Source of the DNA: Roseibacillus sp.
GTDB lineage: Bacteria; Verrucomicrobiota; Verrucomicrobiia; Verrucomicrobiales; Akkermansiaceae
Length of the DNA: 64,000 nt
Direction of reading: 5' to 3'
NCBI GenBank assembly: GCA_051251855.1
Contig: JBPOGI010000001.1
Span: forward strand, 1,184,001-1,248,000
Under the pieces are notes generated by a model. That model did no database searches. It worked only from the letters and a program-made list of their open reading frames with translations, and had not been told where the DNA came from. Of this stretch, positions 1 through 9,600 are shown piece by piece. The translations under genes were made by a program, and so were the position numbers. Positions within the stretch are counted from its first letter, which is position 1; every line of letters starts with the position of its first letter.

Positions 1-1386
1 CCCGGTATCAAGGTCGACCCCGGCTACTTCGTCTATGACGAAGGCATCGCTGGCGACCACTTCTGCCGTCAAATGGATGGCGATGTCTACACCGGCCAAG
101 TCTGGCCTGGCGACTGTCATTTCCCGGATTTCACCAAACCTTCCGTGCGCGATTGGTGGTCCGGCTTGTTCGGCGGCCTCATTAAAGAGGACGGTATTGC
201 GGGCATTTGGAATGACATGAACGAGCCTGCCGACTTCAACGAAGATAAAACCTTCCCTCGGCACATTCGGCACGACTTCGACGGCCACCCTTGCTCCCAT
301 CGCAAGGCCCACAATATCTACGGCACTCAGATGATTCGAGCGACCCGCGAGGGCCTTATGAAATTCAACGATGGCAAGCGTCCCTTTGCCATCACCCGCT
401 CTGCCTACGCGGGAGCTTGGCGCTACGCATCTGCTTGGACGGGCGACAACATTTCCACTTGGGAACATTTGCAAATGGCCAACATCCAGTGCCAGCGACT
501 CAACCTTTCCGGATACAGCTTTGTCGGCTCAGATATCGGCGGCTTCCTCGACAAGACCAATGGCGAGCTGTTCACGCGCTGGATTCAGCTCGGCATCTTC
601 CACCCCTTCTGCCGCGTTCACTCTTCTGGTGAGCATGGCAACCAAGAGCCTTGGTCCTTCGGCGAGCCCTACACCTCCATCGTTCGTAAGTTTATCGAGC
701 TCCGCTACCGACTCCTTCCCTACTTCTACACCGCCTTCCATCAGCATATCGAGACCGGCGATCCCATCCTTCGCCCCCTGCTCTACCTCGATCACCTCGA
801 CACCGAGACCTTCCACCGCGCTGACGAGTTCGCCGTGGGTGACAATATCTTTGTCTGCCCAATCTCTGAAAAAGGAGGAGTGGGCCGCTGGATGTATCTC
901 ACCAAAGGAAATTACTACAACTACTGGACCGACGATCTCGTTCCGGGAGGCGAAGAGATCTTCTGCGCTGCTGAACTCGACCAAACCCCCTTCTTCATTC
1001 GTGCTGGTGCCGTGATTCCCATCGATCCAGTCCGCCAATATTCTTGGGAAGAAGTCGACGAGCCCCAAGAGCATCACTTCTACCTACCCACTGAAGACTG
1101 CGGAAAAGTAGAGTCCAAGCTCTATGCCGACTCAGGAGACCACTACGAGTATCAAAAGGGAGTTTATGCCTTGGCGACCTTCACTGCCGAAAGAACATCG
1201 GCAGAGGCAGACAAAGTCTCTCTCACTGTCACCCGCGAAGGCGACTTCCCTCTTCCTCCCACCAGACTCCACCTTCATGGGCTCGCAAAAGAGCCCAAAT
1301 CCATCACGATCGACGGAAAGAAGTGCCCCGTGGGAGACGTGGTCGAACTCCCCTCAAACTATACTCTTGTTGAGATCACGTTCTAA
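1..1386 (+). CDS. Glycoside hydrolase family 31 (alpha-glucosidase type), 5'-truncated by the window edge
   Basis: Frame is open from base 1 (PGIKVDPGY...). GH31 nucleophile motif WNDMNEP, acid/base motif WTGDN, GSDIGGF, RWIQLG, EPWSFGE. Confidence 0.93.
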   Translation, partial: PGIKVDPGYFVYDEGIAGDHFCRQMDGDVYTGQVWPGDCHFPDFTKPSVRDWWSGLFGGLIKEDGIAGIWNDMNEPADFNEDKTFPRHIRHDFDGHPCSHRKAHNIYGTQMIRATREGLMKFNDGKRPFAITRSAYAGAWRYASAWTGDNISTWEHLQMANIQCQRLNLSGYSFVGSDIGGFLDKTNGELFTRWIQLGIFHPFCRVHSSGEHGNQEPWSFGEPYTSIVRKFIELRYRLLPYFYTAFHQHIETGDPILRPLLYLDHLDTETFHRADEFAVGDNIFVCPISEKGGVGRWMYLTKGNYYNYWTDDLVPGGEEIFCAAELDQTPFFIRAGAVIPIDPVRQYSWEEVDEPQEHHFYLPTEDCGKVESKLYADSGDHYEYQKGVYALATFTAERTSAEADKVSLTVTREGDFPLPPTRLHLHGLAKEPKSITIDGKKCPVGDVVELPSNYTLVEITF

Positions 1387-1450
1387 GGTGTATGGCAGGC
1401 TAGGAGGCCCTCGTTCTTGTAGGATTTGGGCTCTCGCCCTCTTCTTTTTT

Positions 1451-1470
1451 AAAAAAATCGCATATTAGTT
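1451..1470. promoter_or_regulatory. Conserved upstream box, copy 1 (AAAAAAATCGCATATTAGTT)
   Basis: 17/20 identical to 6387-6406, at a similar distance upstream of the paralogous gene. Confidence 0.45.
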
Positions 1471-1569
1471 AAGGTTCCCTAAAAAGGTTAAGACTCGAAA
1501 CCCCCGCATTCCTTGGCTTTTTCCATAACAAGTCGCCAAATGCCCCCGAGGCTTGCTTTAATCAGCATA

Positions 1570-1671
1570 GATTTGAGTTCAACCTGAACTAAGGAAAGCC
1601 AGCTTTAGGCTGATTTCCTCCCAAATCAGTCCCCAATCACCAGCCCCCCTGTTTGTTCACCCATTTATGAA
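1570..1671 (+). promoter_or_regulatory. Conserved leader, copy 1: GTTCA-ACC-TGAAC palindrome, overlapping hairpins, TGTTCACCC before the ATG
   Basis: 1570-1589 is 19/20 identical to 6505-6524. Stem GGCTGATTT/AAATCAGTC at 1608-1631. AATCAC..GCCCCCC..TTTGTTCACCC precedes the ATG. Confidence 0.6.
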
Positions 1672-4600
1672 AGCAATCACTGCGTATTGTAGGCACCTCC
1701 TGTTCGCGAGTTGCCTTTTCCTCCCTTTGGCTCAAGCACAAGAGGTCGTCTGGACTTCCGGAGTCACCGCCAAGGTCTTCGACATTCAGGAATCGATGGA
1801 CCGCGTCTATGAACTCGTTCCCAACCAGACTCCCAATGTCGACCAAGTGCGGCCCACCATCGACTTTGGTAACGGCTCCTTTGTCGATCCCACCATCGGG
1901 CAAGATTACGCCGACTTCTTTCTGGTAAAGATCTCCGCTGAAGTCTTCGCCGCCACCTCGGGAACCTACACCTTCGAGCTCGAAAGTGATGACGGCAGCA
2001 TTCTCTATTTTGACCAAGAAATCGTCTGTGACAACGATGGCACCCACGGCCCCGAGACCGTCAGCGGCACTCGCTACCTCGATGCCGGTTGGCACGAGTT
2101 TAATATCACCGCTTTCAACGATGTCGGCGACTTCAAGCTTCAGCTGCGCTGGATTCAACCCGGACAGTCGAACGCGAGCATCATTCCCCAATCTGACTTA
2201 CGCACCGACAACAACGTCGTTCGAGTGATAGCCCCGGGAAAAAAATTCATTCTCAACAACGGTGACCTCAGCCCCGGCACCAGACTACCCGTTTCGGACA
2301 TTCACCCTTCATGGGAGCTCACCACCATTCGTCCCGACGACTTCGAGCCCCAAGTGGGAGCGATGACTCTCGCTAACGAGGACACCCTCTACCTTGGCAC
2401 CTTCGAGCCCAACCAGCAGGACGACACTGGCTTCGATGCCAAAGCCAAGGTCTGGCGTGTCGACAATGTCAACGGCGATCCTGCCAACGTCACCTACACC
2501 CAAGTTGCCGGGTCCCAGCTTGCGGGCACCACTTCTCTCACCGAAGTGACTGGGCTCGAGTGGTTCAATGGCGAGCTCTTTCTCGCCGAGCGCACCGGCA
2601 TCTTCCGCATGGTCGATGACAACGGGGACGGACTCTTCGAAGACAAAGAACTCATCGGCGATTCCTGGGACTGGGACAACTTTCACCAATTCCCCTTCAG
2701 CCTGAAACATCGCACTGAAGAAGACGGTGACTACCTCTACGGAGCCCTCTCCGTCGCCATCAGTTTGGGCGGCAACAGCGACTCCAATCGCGACGACTAT
2801 CGCGGTTCCGTCTTCCGTCTCAAAATCCCAGCACGCGGCCAAGGTAACGACGTCGAGTATCTCGCAGGAGGCTTCCGCACCCCTAACGGAGTCGGCTTCG
2901 GCCCTGAGGGCGGACTCTTTGTGACCGATAACCAGGGCGCATGGAATCCCTCTAACAGCCTCGTTCATGTCGTGCCCGGCCGCTTCTACGGCCACTTCAA
3001 CCCCACCGATGTTTGGCCGCAACCAGACGACTATGTCCCAGTCCCTGGGCGCTTCGAAGACCAGCCGATTTCACCCAAGACAGTTCATTTCCCTCAAAAC
3101 GAAGTCTCCAACTCCCCCAGCGATATTCTTGCACTCGAAGAAGGTCCTTTCGCCGGACAACTTCTCGTGGGCGAACTCACCGCGGGAGGTATTCGCCGTG
3201 TCTTTCTCGAAGAAGTCGGAGGCGAGTTTCAAGGAGCTCTCTTCCGCCACTCTCAAGGATTCGAAGCTGGGGTCAATCGTCTCCGTCTTTCCGACGATGG
3301 TTCCATCTACGTGGGCTGTATGGGCTCCAACGGTGGCTGGTCTTACCAAGATTTAGTTTACGGCCTGCAACGAATGCAGCCAAAAGCAGATGCACCAACA
3401 GTCTTCGAAATCAAAACGGTCAAAGCACTGAAGACTGGCATTGAGGTCGAGTTTACCAAGCCCGTCCCTACCGCCCTCCTCGGCAACGTGGATAGCTACT
3501 TCGTGCAACAATGGCGCTATCTCCCCACCGAAAATTACGGCGGCCCCAAAATTGATCTAAAAGAACTCCCCATCACAGCCACCGCAATCTCCGGTAATCG
3601 TCAGCGGGTCCAGCTCACTCTGCCCGAGATGGAAGCAGGCCATGTCATCTACCTCCGCACCGGCATTCGCGATGACTCCGGCGAAAACCTCTGGAGTGGA
3701 GAAGCCTGGTATACCATGAACCAAATCCCCGACACGGCGCCGCCATCCCTCGGTGTTGGCGAATGGGTCGACCTCTTCAATGGAGAAAACCTTGATGGTT
3801 GGCGCGCCTTTAAAGGAGGAGCCCTTCCTGAACGTTGGACCGTGCAGGATGGAGTCCTCACTCTTGACCCCGACCTACCCGGCGAAGTCACCGACATCGT
3901 CACCGAGCAGAGCTATGACGACTTCGAATTCGAGATGGAGTGGAAAGTTGAGCCCGACCAAAACTCAGGACTCTTCATCCGTTTGAGCGAGCAATACAAT
4001 CAAATCTGGGAAGGCGGACCCGAGATGCAAATCGTCGATGACGAACTCAATATCGACGGTCAAAACGACATCACTCGCGCAGGTGCCATCTACAACCTCT
4101 ACCCCTTCCCCGCTGGTTCCTCCAATTCCGCTAATACTTGGAACCAGGTGCGCATCATCGCCGATGGAACTCAGACCAGCTACTACCTCAATGATGACCT
4201 AGTCGCCTCCTTTGACGTGGAGAGCGCCGATTACTGGAGCCGCGTGCAAGCCTCCAACTTCAATTACATTCCCGACTTTGGTCGCCTCCCATCGGGGCCA
4301 ATCGGCTTTCAAGACTACAATAACCACGTTCAATACCGAAACATTCGTATCCGCTCCCTGAATGGCATTATTGTTCCAGATCCCGATCCCAATCCTGACC
4401 CCAATCCAGATCCCGACCCCGATCCAGATCCAAATCCAGATCCTAACCCCGACCCAGATCCGGAGCCCAATCCAGACCCCTCCACCTTGACCGATGGCTT
4501 CTTGCGCTTCGAGCTCGAAGAAGGAGTGCTCGCCAACGGGGCAGAGTTCAGCAACGAAGACCCAGGCTTCAGTGCCGACGGCTTTGTGGGCAGTTGGGAC

Positions 4601-6265
4601 GGAATCGATGACAACGAGACAGTCACGGCCACGATCGACATCACCGTAGCTGGCCTCCATCAAATCGTGCTTCGCTATGGTCGCGGAACCTGGTCTGGTT
4701 TCGGTCAGCTCATCGGTGAAGGACAGATCGAACTTCTCGTTGATGGCGCTCTCCTCGAGACCGTCATCCTGAACACCTCCCCCGAGTGGACTGATTGGCA
4801 AGACTCGGCAACCATCCCCCTCCAGTTGGAGGCAGGAACCCACACCATCACCTGGCGCAATCCCTACTCCACCTCTTCCGACAAAGGCCTAGGTATAGCC
4901 AACTTAGATTATTTTGACCTCAGCTTCTTAGAAGGCTCAAATCCCGACCCCGACCCCGACCCCGACCCAGATCCAGATCCAGATCCCAACCCTGATCCTG
5001 ATCCAACCCCCGACCCAGATCCGGAGGCTCCCGCTCTGGTCGATGGCTTTTTACGCTTCGAGCTCGAAGAAGGAGTTCTTTCTAACGGGGCTCAGTTGAG
5101 CGACGGAGATCCCGGCTTCAGTGGCAGTGGTTTTGTCGCCAGTTGGGACGGTATTGGTGACAACGAAGAAGTCTCGGCAATCTTCAACGTTATTGAAGCT
5201 GGCTCCCATCAAATTGTTCTTCGCTACGGTCGCGGCACTTGGTCAGGCCTCGGTCAGCTCGTTGGCTCAGGAGAAGTCGAACTCTTGATCGACGGTGTCC
5301 TGGCTCAATCCGTCGCCCTCAACACCAGCGCTGAATGGACAGATTGGCAAGACTCCGCAGTCGTCCCTCTGCAACTGGAGGCAGGAACCCACATCATTAC
5401 TTTGCGAAATCCCCATTCTTCCTCAGCCGACAAAGCCCTTGGGGTCGCCAACTTCGATTACTTGGACATCACTTTCGATGGCGAGATTCCCCCTCCGCCA
5501 CCCGAACCAGAGCCTAACATCCTCCGCCTCGAATTCGAAGACGGCACACCAAGCAACGGAGCCACGGTGAGCAGTATCCACCCCGGCTACAGCGGCTCTG
5601 GCTTCATCACAGGATGGGAGCAAATCGGTAGTAACGAAGAGGTCGCGCTGACTTTTTCTGCCCCCTTCACCGGAAATTACCAATTTCTATTTCGCTATGC
5701 CCGTAGTTCTGACTCTTTGGTAGGCCCCCTCACCGGTGACGGTGAAGTGGATCTTCAAATCGATGGCAATTGGGCTCAATCCTTTACCTTAACCACGCAA
5801 GCAAGCTGGACGGACTGGCAAGAAAGCGCGGTCAGCACTGTTCATCTCACCCAAGGAAGTCACGTCATCACCTTCCGCAATCCTTACGATGCAGCCCCAA
5901 ACAAACAAAAAGGAGTAGCCAATTTCGACTACCTGCAAATCACCTCCCCGGATGAAAACGAAACCCTTCCCTTTTCAGGACCGCTTGTTCCTACTTTGGA
6001 GAGCATTTCCATGACTCAGACCGATTCCGCCCCCCTTCCCCCGTATTCGGTTGAGATCCTGCGAGGAACTCTTTCCGCCAACATCCTGACTGAAGCAGGG
6101 ATCTCCTATGACCTGCTCTACTCAACAGACCTCTCGAACTGGTATACCCTCGCCAGTTTTGTGGGAGATGGCACTCGCAAAGAAGCCCAAGTCGCCAACT
6201 TCCTCCCTGACGCCTCTGAGGCCTTCTTCTCTCTCCGTTTGCAACCGGCCAGTGCCTTTGAGTAG
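1667..6265 (+). CDS. Secreted multidomain protein (1532 aa): signal peptide, PA14, sugar-dehydrogenase-like beta-propeller, DUF1080 (3-keto-disaccharide hydrolase-like), 3 CBM6/35-like modules, C-terminal domain
   Basis: Signal ending AQA-Q; PA14 motif GTYTFELESDDGS; propeller motif GFRTPNG..FVTDNQG; DUF1080 motifs LFNGENLDGW, NSGLFIR, EMQIVD, GPIGFQD..YRNIRIR; repeats ELEEG..GF.G.GFV...W.DW...L.AGTH.I...ANLDY; Pro-Asp linkers. Confidence 0.85.
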   Translation: MKAITAYCRHLLFASCLFLPLAQAQEVVWTSGVTAKVFDIQESMDRVYELVPNQTPNVDQVRPTIDFGNGSFVDPTIGQDYADFFLVKISAEVFAATSGTYTFELESDDGSILYFDQEIVCDNDGTHGPETVSGTRYLDAGWHEFNITAFNDVGDFKLQLRWIQPGQSNASIIPQSDLRTDNNVVRVIAPGKKFILNNGDLSPGTRLPVSDIHPSWELTTIRPDDFEPQVGAMTLANEDTLYLGTFEPNQQDDTGFDAKAKVWRVDNVNGDPANVTYTQVAGSQLAGTTSLTEVTGLEWFNGELFLAERTGIFRMVDDNGDGLFEDKELIGDSWDWDNFHQFPFSLKHRTEEDGDYLYGALSVAISLGGNSDSNRDDYRGSVFRLKIPARGQGNDVEYLAGGFRTPNGVGFGPEGGLFVTDNQGAWNPSNSLVHVVPGRFYGHFNPTDVWPQPDDYVPVPGRFEDQPISPKTVHFPQNEVSNSPSDILALEEGPFAGQLLVGELTAGGIRRVFLEEVGGEFQGALFRHSQGFEAGVNRLRLSDDGSIYVGCMGSNGGWSYQDLVYGLQRMQPKADAPTVFEIKTVKALKTGIEVEFTKPVPTALLGNVDSYFVQQWRYLPTENYGGPKIDLKELPITATAISGNRQRVQLTLPEMEAGHVIYLRTGIRDDSGENLWSGEAWYTMNQIPDTAPPSLGVGEWVDLFNGENLDGWRAFKGGALPERWTVQDGVLTLDPDLPGEVTDIVTEQSYDDFEFEMEWKVEPDQNSGLFIRLSEQYNQIWEGGPEMQIVDDELNIDGQNDITRAGAIYNLYPFPAGSSNSANTWNQVRIIADGTQTSYYLNDDLVASFDVESADYWSRVQASNFNYIPDFGRLPSGPIGFQDYNNHVQYRNIRIRSLNGIIVPDPDPNPDPNPDPDPDPDPNPDPNPDPDPEPNPDPSTLTDGFLRFELEEGVLANGAEFSNEDPGFSADGFVGSWDGIDDNETVTATIDITVAGLHQIVLRYGRGTWSGFGQLIGEGQIELLVDGALLETVILNTSPEWTDWQDSATIPLQLEAGTHTITWRNPYSTSSDKGLGIANLDYFDLSFLEGSNPDPDPDPDPDPDPDPNPDPDPTPDPDPEAPALVDGFLRFELEEGVLSNGAQLSDGDPGFSGSGFVASWDGIGDNEEVSAIFNVIEAGSHQIVLRYGRGTWSGLGQLVGSGEVELLIDGVLAQSVALNTSAEWTDWQDSAVVPLQLEAGTHIITLRNPHSSSADKALGVANFDYLDITFDGEIPPPPPEPEPNILRLEFEDGTPSNGATVSSIHPGYSGSGFITGWEQIGSNEEVALTFSAPFTGNYQFLFRYARSSDSLVGPLTGDGEVDLQIDGNWAQSFTLTTQASWTDWQESAVSTVHLTQGSHVITFRNPYDAAPNKQKGVANFDYLQITSPDENETLPFSGPLVPTLESISMTQTDSAPLPPYSVEILRGTLSANILTEAGISYDLLYSTDLSNWYTLASFVGDGTRKEAQVANFLPDASEAFFSLRLQPASAFE
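4376..4480 (+). repeat. Pro-Asp/Pro-Asn linker repeat (second tract at 4943-5026)
   Basis: Encodes PDPDPNPDPNPDPDPDPDPNPDPNPDPDPEPNPDP with mixed codons. Confidence 0.9.
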
Positions 6266-6386
6266 CAATTTCCCTTGGCCCGATGCCATCGGTTTTCCTT
6301 CGGACAGTTCACCACTCGAAATCGAACAAGAGCCTTCAAATAGGAACCCTCGTTAGTGGAAAACCGACGGAACAGCACTGAATTAT

Positions 6387-6406
6387 AAAAAAAACGCAGT
6401 TTAGTT
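6387..6406. promoter_or_regulatory. Conserved upstream box, copy 2 (AAAAAAAACGCAGTTTAGTT)
   Basis: 17/20 identical to 1451-1470. Confidence 0.45.
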
Positions 6407-6504
6407 CGGAAAACTTTATTAAACAGAACCTGAAATTCGGCCTTATCCTTAGGATTTTTAAACATTACTCCAAAAATGGATAGTTCTTTAATAAGGTAGG
6501 CCTC

Positions 6505-6613
6505 GATGTGAGTTCAACCTGAACGGAGAAATTGTTGCTGCTTCGGCAGCGGCCTTTGCCCGCCAAGGCCCATAATCATCGCCCCCCTTTTTTGTTCACC
6601 CCCTTTATATGAA
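6505..6613 (+). promoter_or_regulatory. Conserved leader, copy 2
   Basis: GATGTGAGTTCAACCTGAAC; hairpin GTTGCTGC-TTCG-GCAGCGGC (6534-6553); overlapping GGCCTT/AAGGCC stem (6551-6570); TGTTCACCCCCTTTATATG at the start codon. Confidence 0.6.
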
Positions 6614-9600
6614 AGCAATCGTTATCGCGCGTTGCAGGAAACTCTTGTTTGCCTGTTACCTCTTCTTGCCTGTCGCCCAAGCACAGGAAGTCGTATGGAC
6701 CTCCGGCGTCACCGCCCAAGTCTACGACATTCAGGAATCGATGGACCGCGTCTATGACCTTGTTCCCAATCAAACTCCCAATGTGGATCAGGTACGGCCC
6801 GTCATCGACTTTAGCAACGGGTCTTTTGTCGATCCCACCATCGGGCAGGACTACACAGACTTCTTTCTGGTAGAAATTTCAGCCGAAGTCTTCGCCGCCA
6901 CTTCAGGAACCTACACCTTCGAGCTCGAAAGTGATGATGGTAGCATTCTCTACTTCAACGAAGAAGTCGTCTGCGACAACGACGGCGCCCACGGTCCCGA
7001 GACCGTCAGCGGCACCCGCTATCTCGAAGCCGGCTGGCACGAGTTCAATATCACCGCCTTCAACGACGTCGGCGACTTCAAACTCCAGTTGAGATGGATT
7101 CAGCCCGGACAATCCAACGCCAACATCATCCCTCAATCAGACCTACGCACCGACGACAACGTCGTCCGCGTGATCGCTCCGGGAAGAAAGTTTATCTTGA
7201 ACAATGGCGACCTTAGCCCTGGCACGGGACTCCCCGTATCTGACATTCACCCCGGATGGGAGCTGAGCACGATTCGCCCCGATAGCTTTGAACCCCAAGT
7301 AGGAGCGATGGCCCTCGCTAACGAGAACACCCTTTACCTCGGCACCTTCGAGCCCAACCAGCAGGACGATACCGGCTTCGATGCCAAGGCCAGAGTCTGG
7401 CGCGTCGATAACGTCAATGGCGACCCCTCGAACGTGACTTACACCCAAGTCGCCGGCCATGACCTGAACGGAACCGCGTTTCTCAACGAAGTGACCGGTT
7501 TGGAGTGGTTCAATGGCGAACTCTTTCTCGCCGAGCGCACCGGTATCTTTCGCATGATTGATGACAATGGCGACGGGCTGTTTGAAAACAAGGAACTCGT
7601 CGGCGACTTGTGGGATTGGGACAACTTTCACCAATTCCCCTTCTGCCTCAAGCATCGCTCCGAAGAAGATGGCGACTACCTCTACGGAGCCCTTTCGGTC
7701 GCCATTGGTTTGGGTGGCAATAGTGACTCCAATCGCGACGATTTCCGCGGCTCCGCCTTCCGTCTTAGAATCCCCGCTCGCGGACAGCGCAATGATGTTG
7801 AATATCTCGCGGGTGGCTTCCGCACCCCTAACGGTGTTGGCTTCGGGCCCGAAGGCGGACTTTTCATCACCGACAACCAGGGAGGTTGGAACCCTTCAAA
7901 CAGCCTCGTCCATGCCGTTCCCGGTCGCTTTTATGGTCACTTCAACCCCACCGACGTCTTCCCCCCTCCTGCGGACTACACTCCTGTGGTGGGACGCTTT
8001 GAGAACGAGCCCATCTCTCCTAAGACGGTTCACTTCCCTCAGAACGAAGTCTCTAACTCCCCTTCTGATATTCTAGAACTCCAGGAAGGCCCCTTCGCCG
8101 GACAACTCTTGGTGGGCGAACTCACCGCTGGAGGTATCCGCCGCGTTTTCCTCGAAAAAGTGGGAGGCGAATTCCAAGGAGCCCTCTTCCGTCACTCACA
8201 GGGATTCGAAGCCGGCGTCAACCGCCTCCGCCTCTCCAATGATGGTTCCATCTACGTCGGTTGCATGGGCTCTAATGGAGGATGGTCTTACCAAGACCTC
8301 GTCTACGGTCTCCAAAGAATGCAGCCCAAAGCTGACGCCCCGTCGGTCTTTGAAATCAAAACCGTCAAAGCCCTCCAGACCGGTATCGAAGTCGAGTTCA
8401 CCAACCCCGTTCCTACTGCCCTTCTCGACAACGTCGATAGCTACTTTGTCCAACAATGGCGCTACGTCGCCACTGAAAACTATGGCGGTCCCAAAGTCGA
8501 TCTCACTGAACTTCCCATCAGTGCCACCGCAATCTCCGCCGACCGCAAAACCGTTCAGCTCACTCTTCCTGGAATGCAAGCCGGCCACGTGATCTACCTC
8601 CGTACCGGCATTCGTGACGACGACGGCGACAATCTCTGGAGCGGCGAAGCATGGTATACCATGAACCAGATTCCTGACTCCACTCCCCCCATTGGCAACG
8701 GCGATTGGGTCGACCTCTTCAACGGAGAAAACCTCGATGGCTGGCAAGCCTTTAAGGGCGGTGCTCTTCCTGAGCGTTGGACAGTGCGCGATGGCGTGCT
8801 CACCCTGGACCCCGACCTTCCCGGCGAAGTCACCGACATCGTGACGACCCAAAGCTTCGGCGACTTCGAATTCGAGATGGAGTGGAAAGTGGAGCCCGAC
8901 CAAAACTCGGGAATTTTCATTCGTCTCAGCGAGCAATACAACCAAATTTGGGAAGGCGGCCCCGAGATGCAAATCGTCGACGACGAGCTCAACATCGACG
9001 GCCAAAACGACATCACCCGCGCCGGCGCCATCTACAACCTCTACCCTTTTCCTGCAGGTTCCTCCAACTCCTCTAACAGCTGGAACCAAGTCCGCATCAT
9101 CGCCGACGGAACCCAGACAACCTACTACCTCAATGGACAACTGGTTGCCTCCTTCGATGTCGAAAGCGAAGATTACTGGAACCGGGTGCAGGCCTCCAAC
9201 TTCAATTACATCCCCGACTTCGGTCGTCTCACCTCAGGACCGATCGGATTTCAGGATTACAATAACAAGGTGCAGTATCGAAATATTCGCATCCGCGATC
9301 TCAATGGCATTATCAACCCCGAACCTGAGCCCGAACCTGAGCCCGAACCTGAGCCCGAACCTGAGCCCGAACCTGAGCCCGAGCCTGAGCCCGAGCCCGA
9401 ACCGGAACCTGGCACACCCACTCTTACCGATGGCTTTGTGCGCTTGGAACTCGAAAACGGCAATCCCTCCAACGGTGCCGTGGTCAGCAACGAAGACCCC
9501 GGATACAGTAGCACTGGATTTATCGCAGGATGGGATGGCATTGGCCAAAACGAAGAACTCAGCATCGAGGTCAACATTCCAGAGGCTGGCTCTCACGAAT

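Noticed and set aside
1576..1590. GTTC..GAAC palindrome as a Verrucomicrobia LexA box
   Set aside because: The motif as I recall it is TGTTC-N4-GAACA. Here the spacer is 5 nt, the outer bases differ and the genes are not SOS-type.
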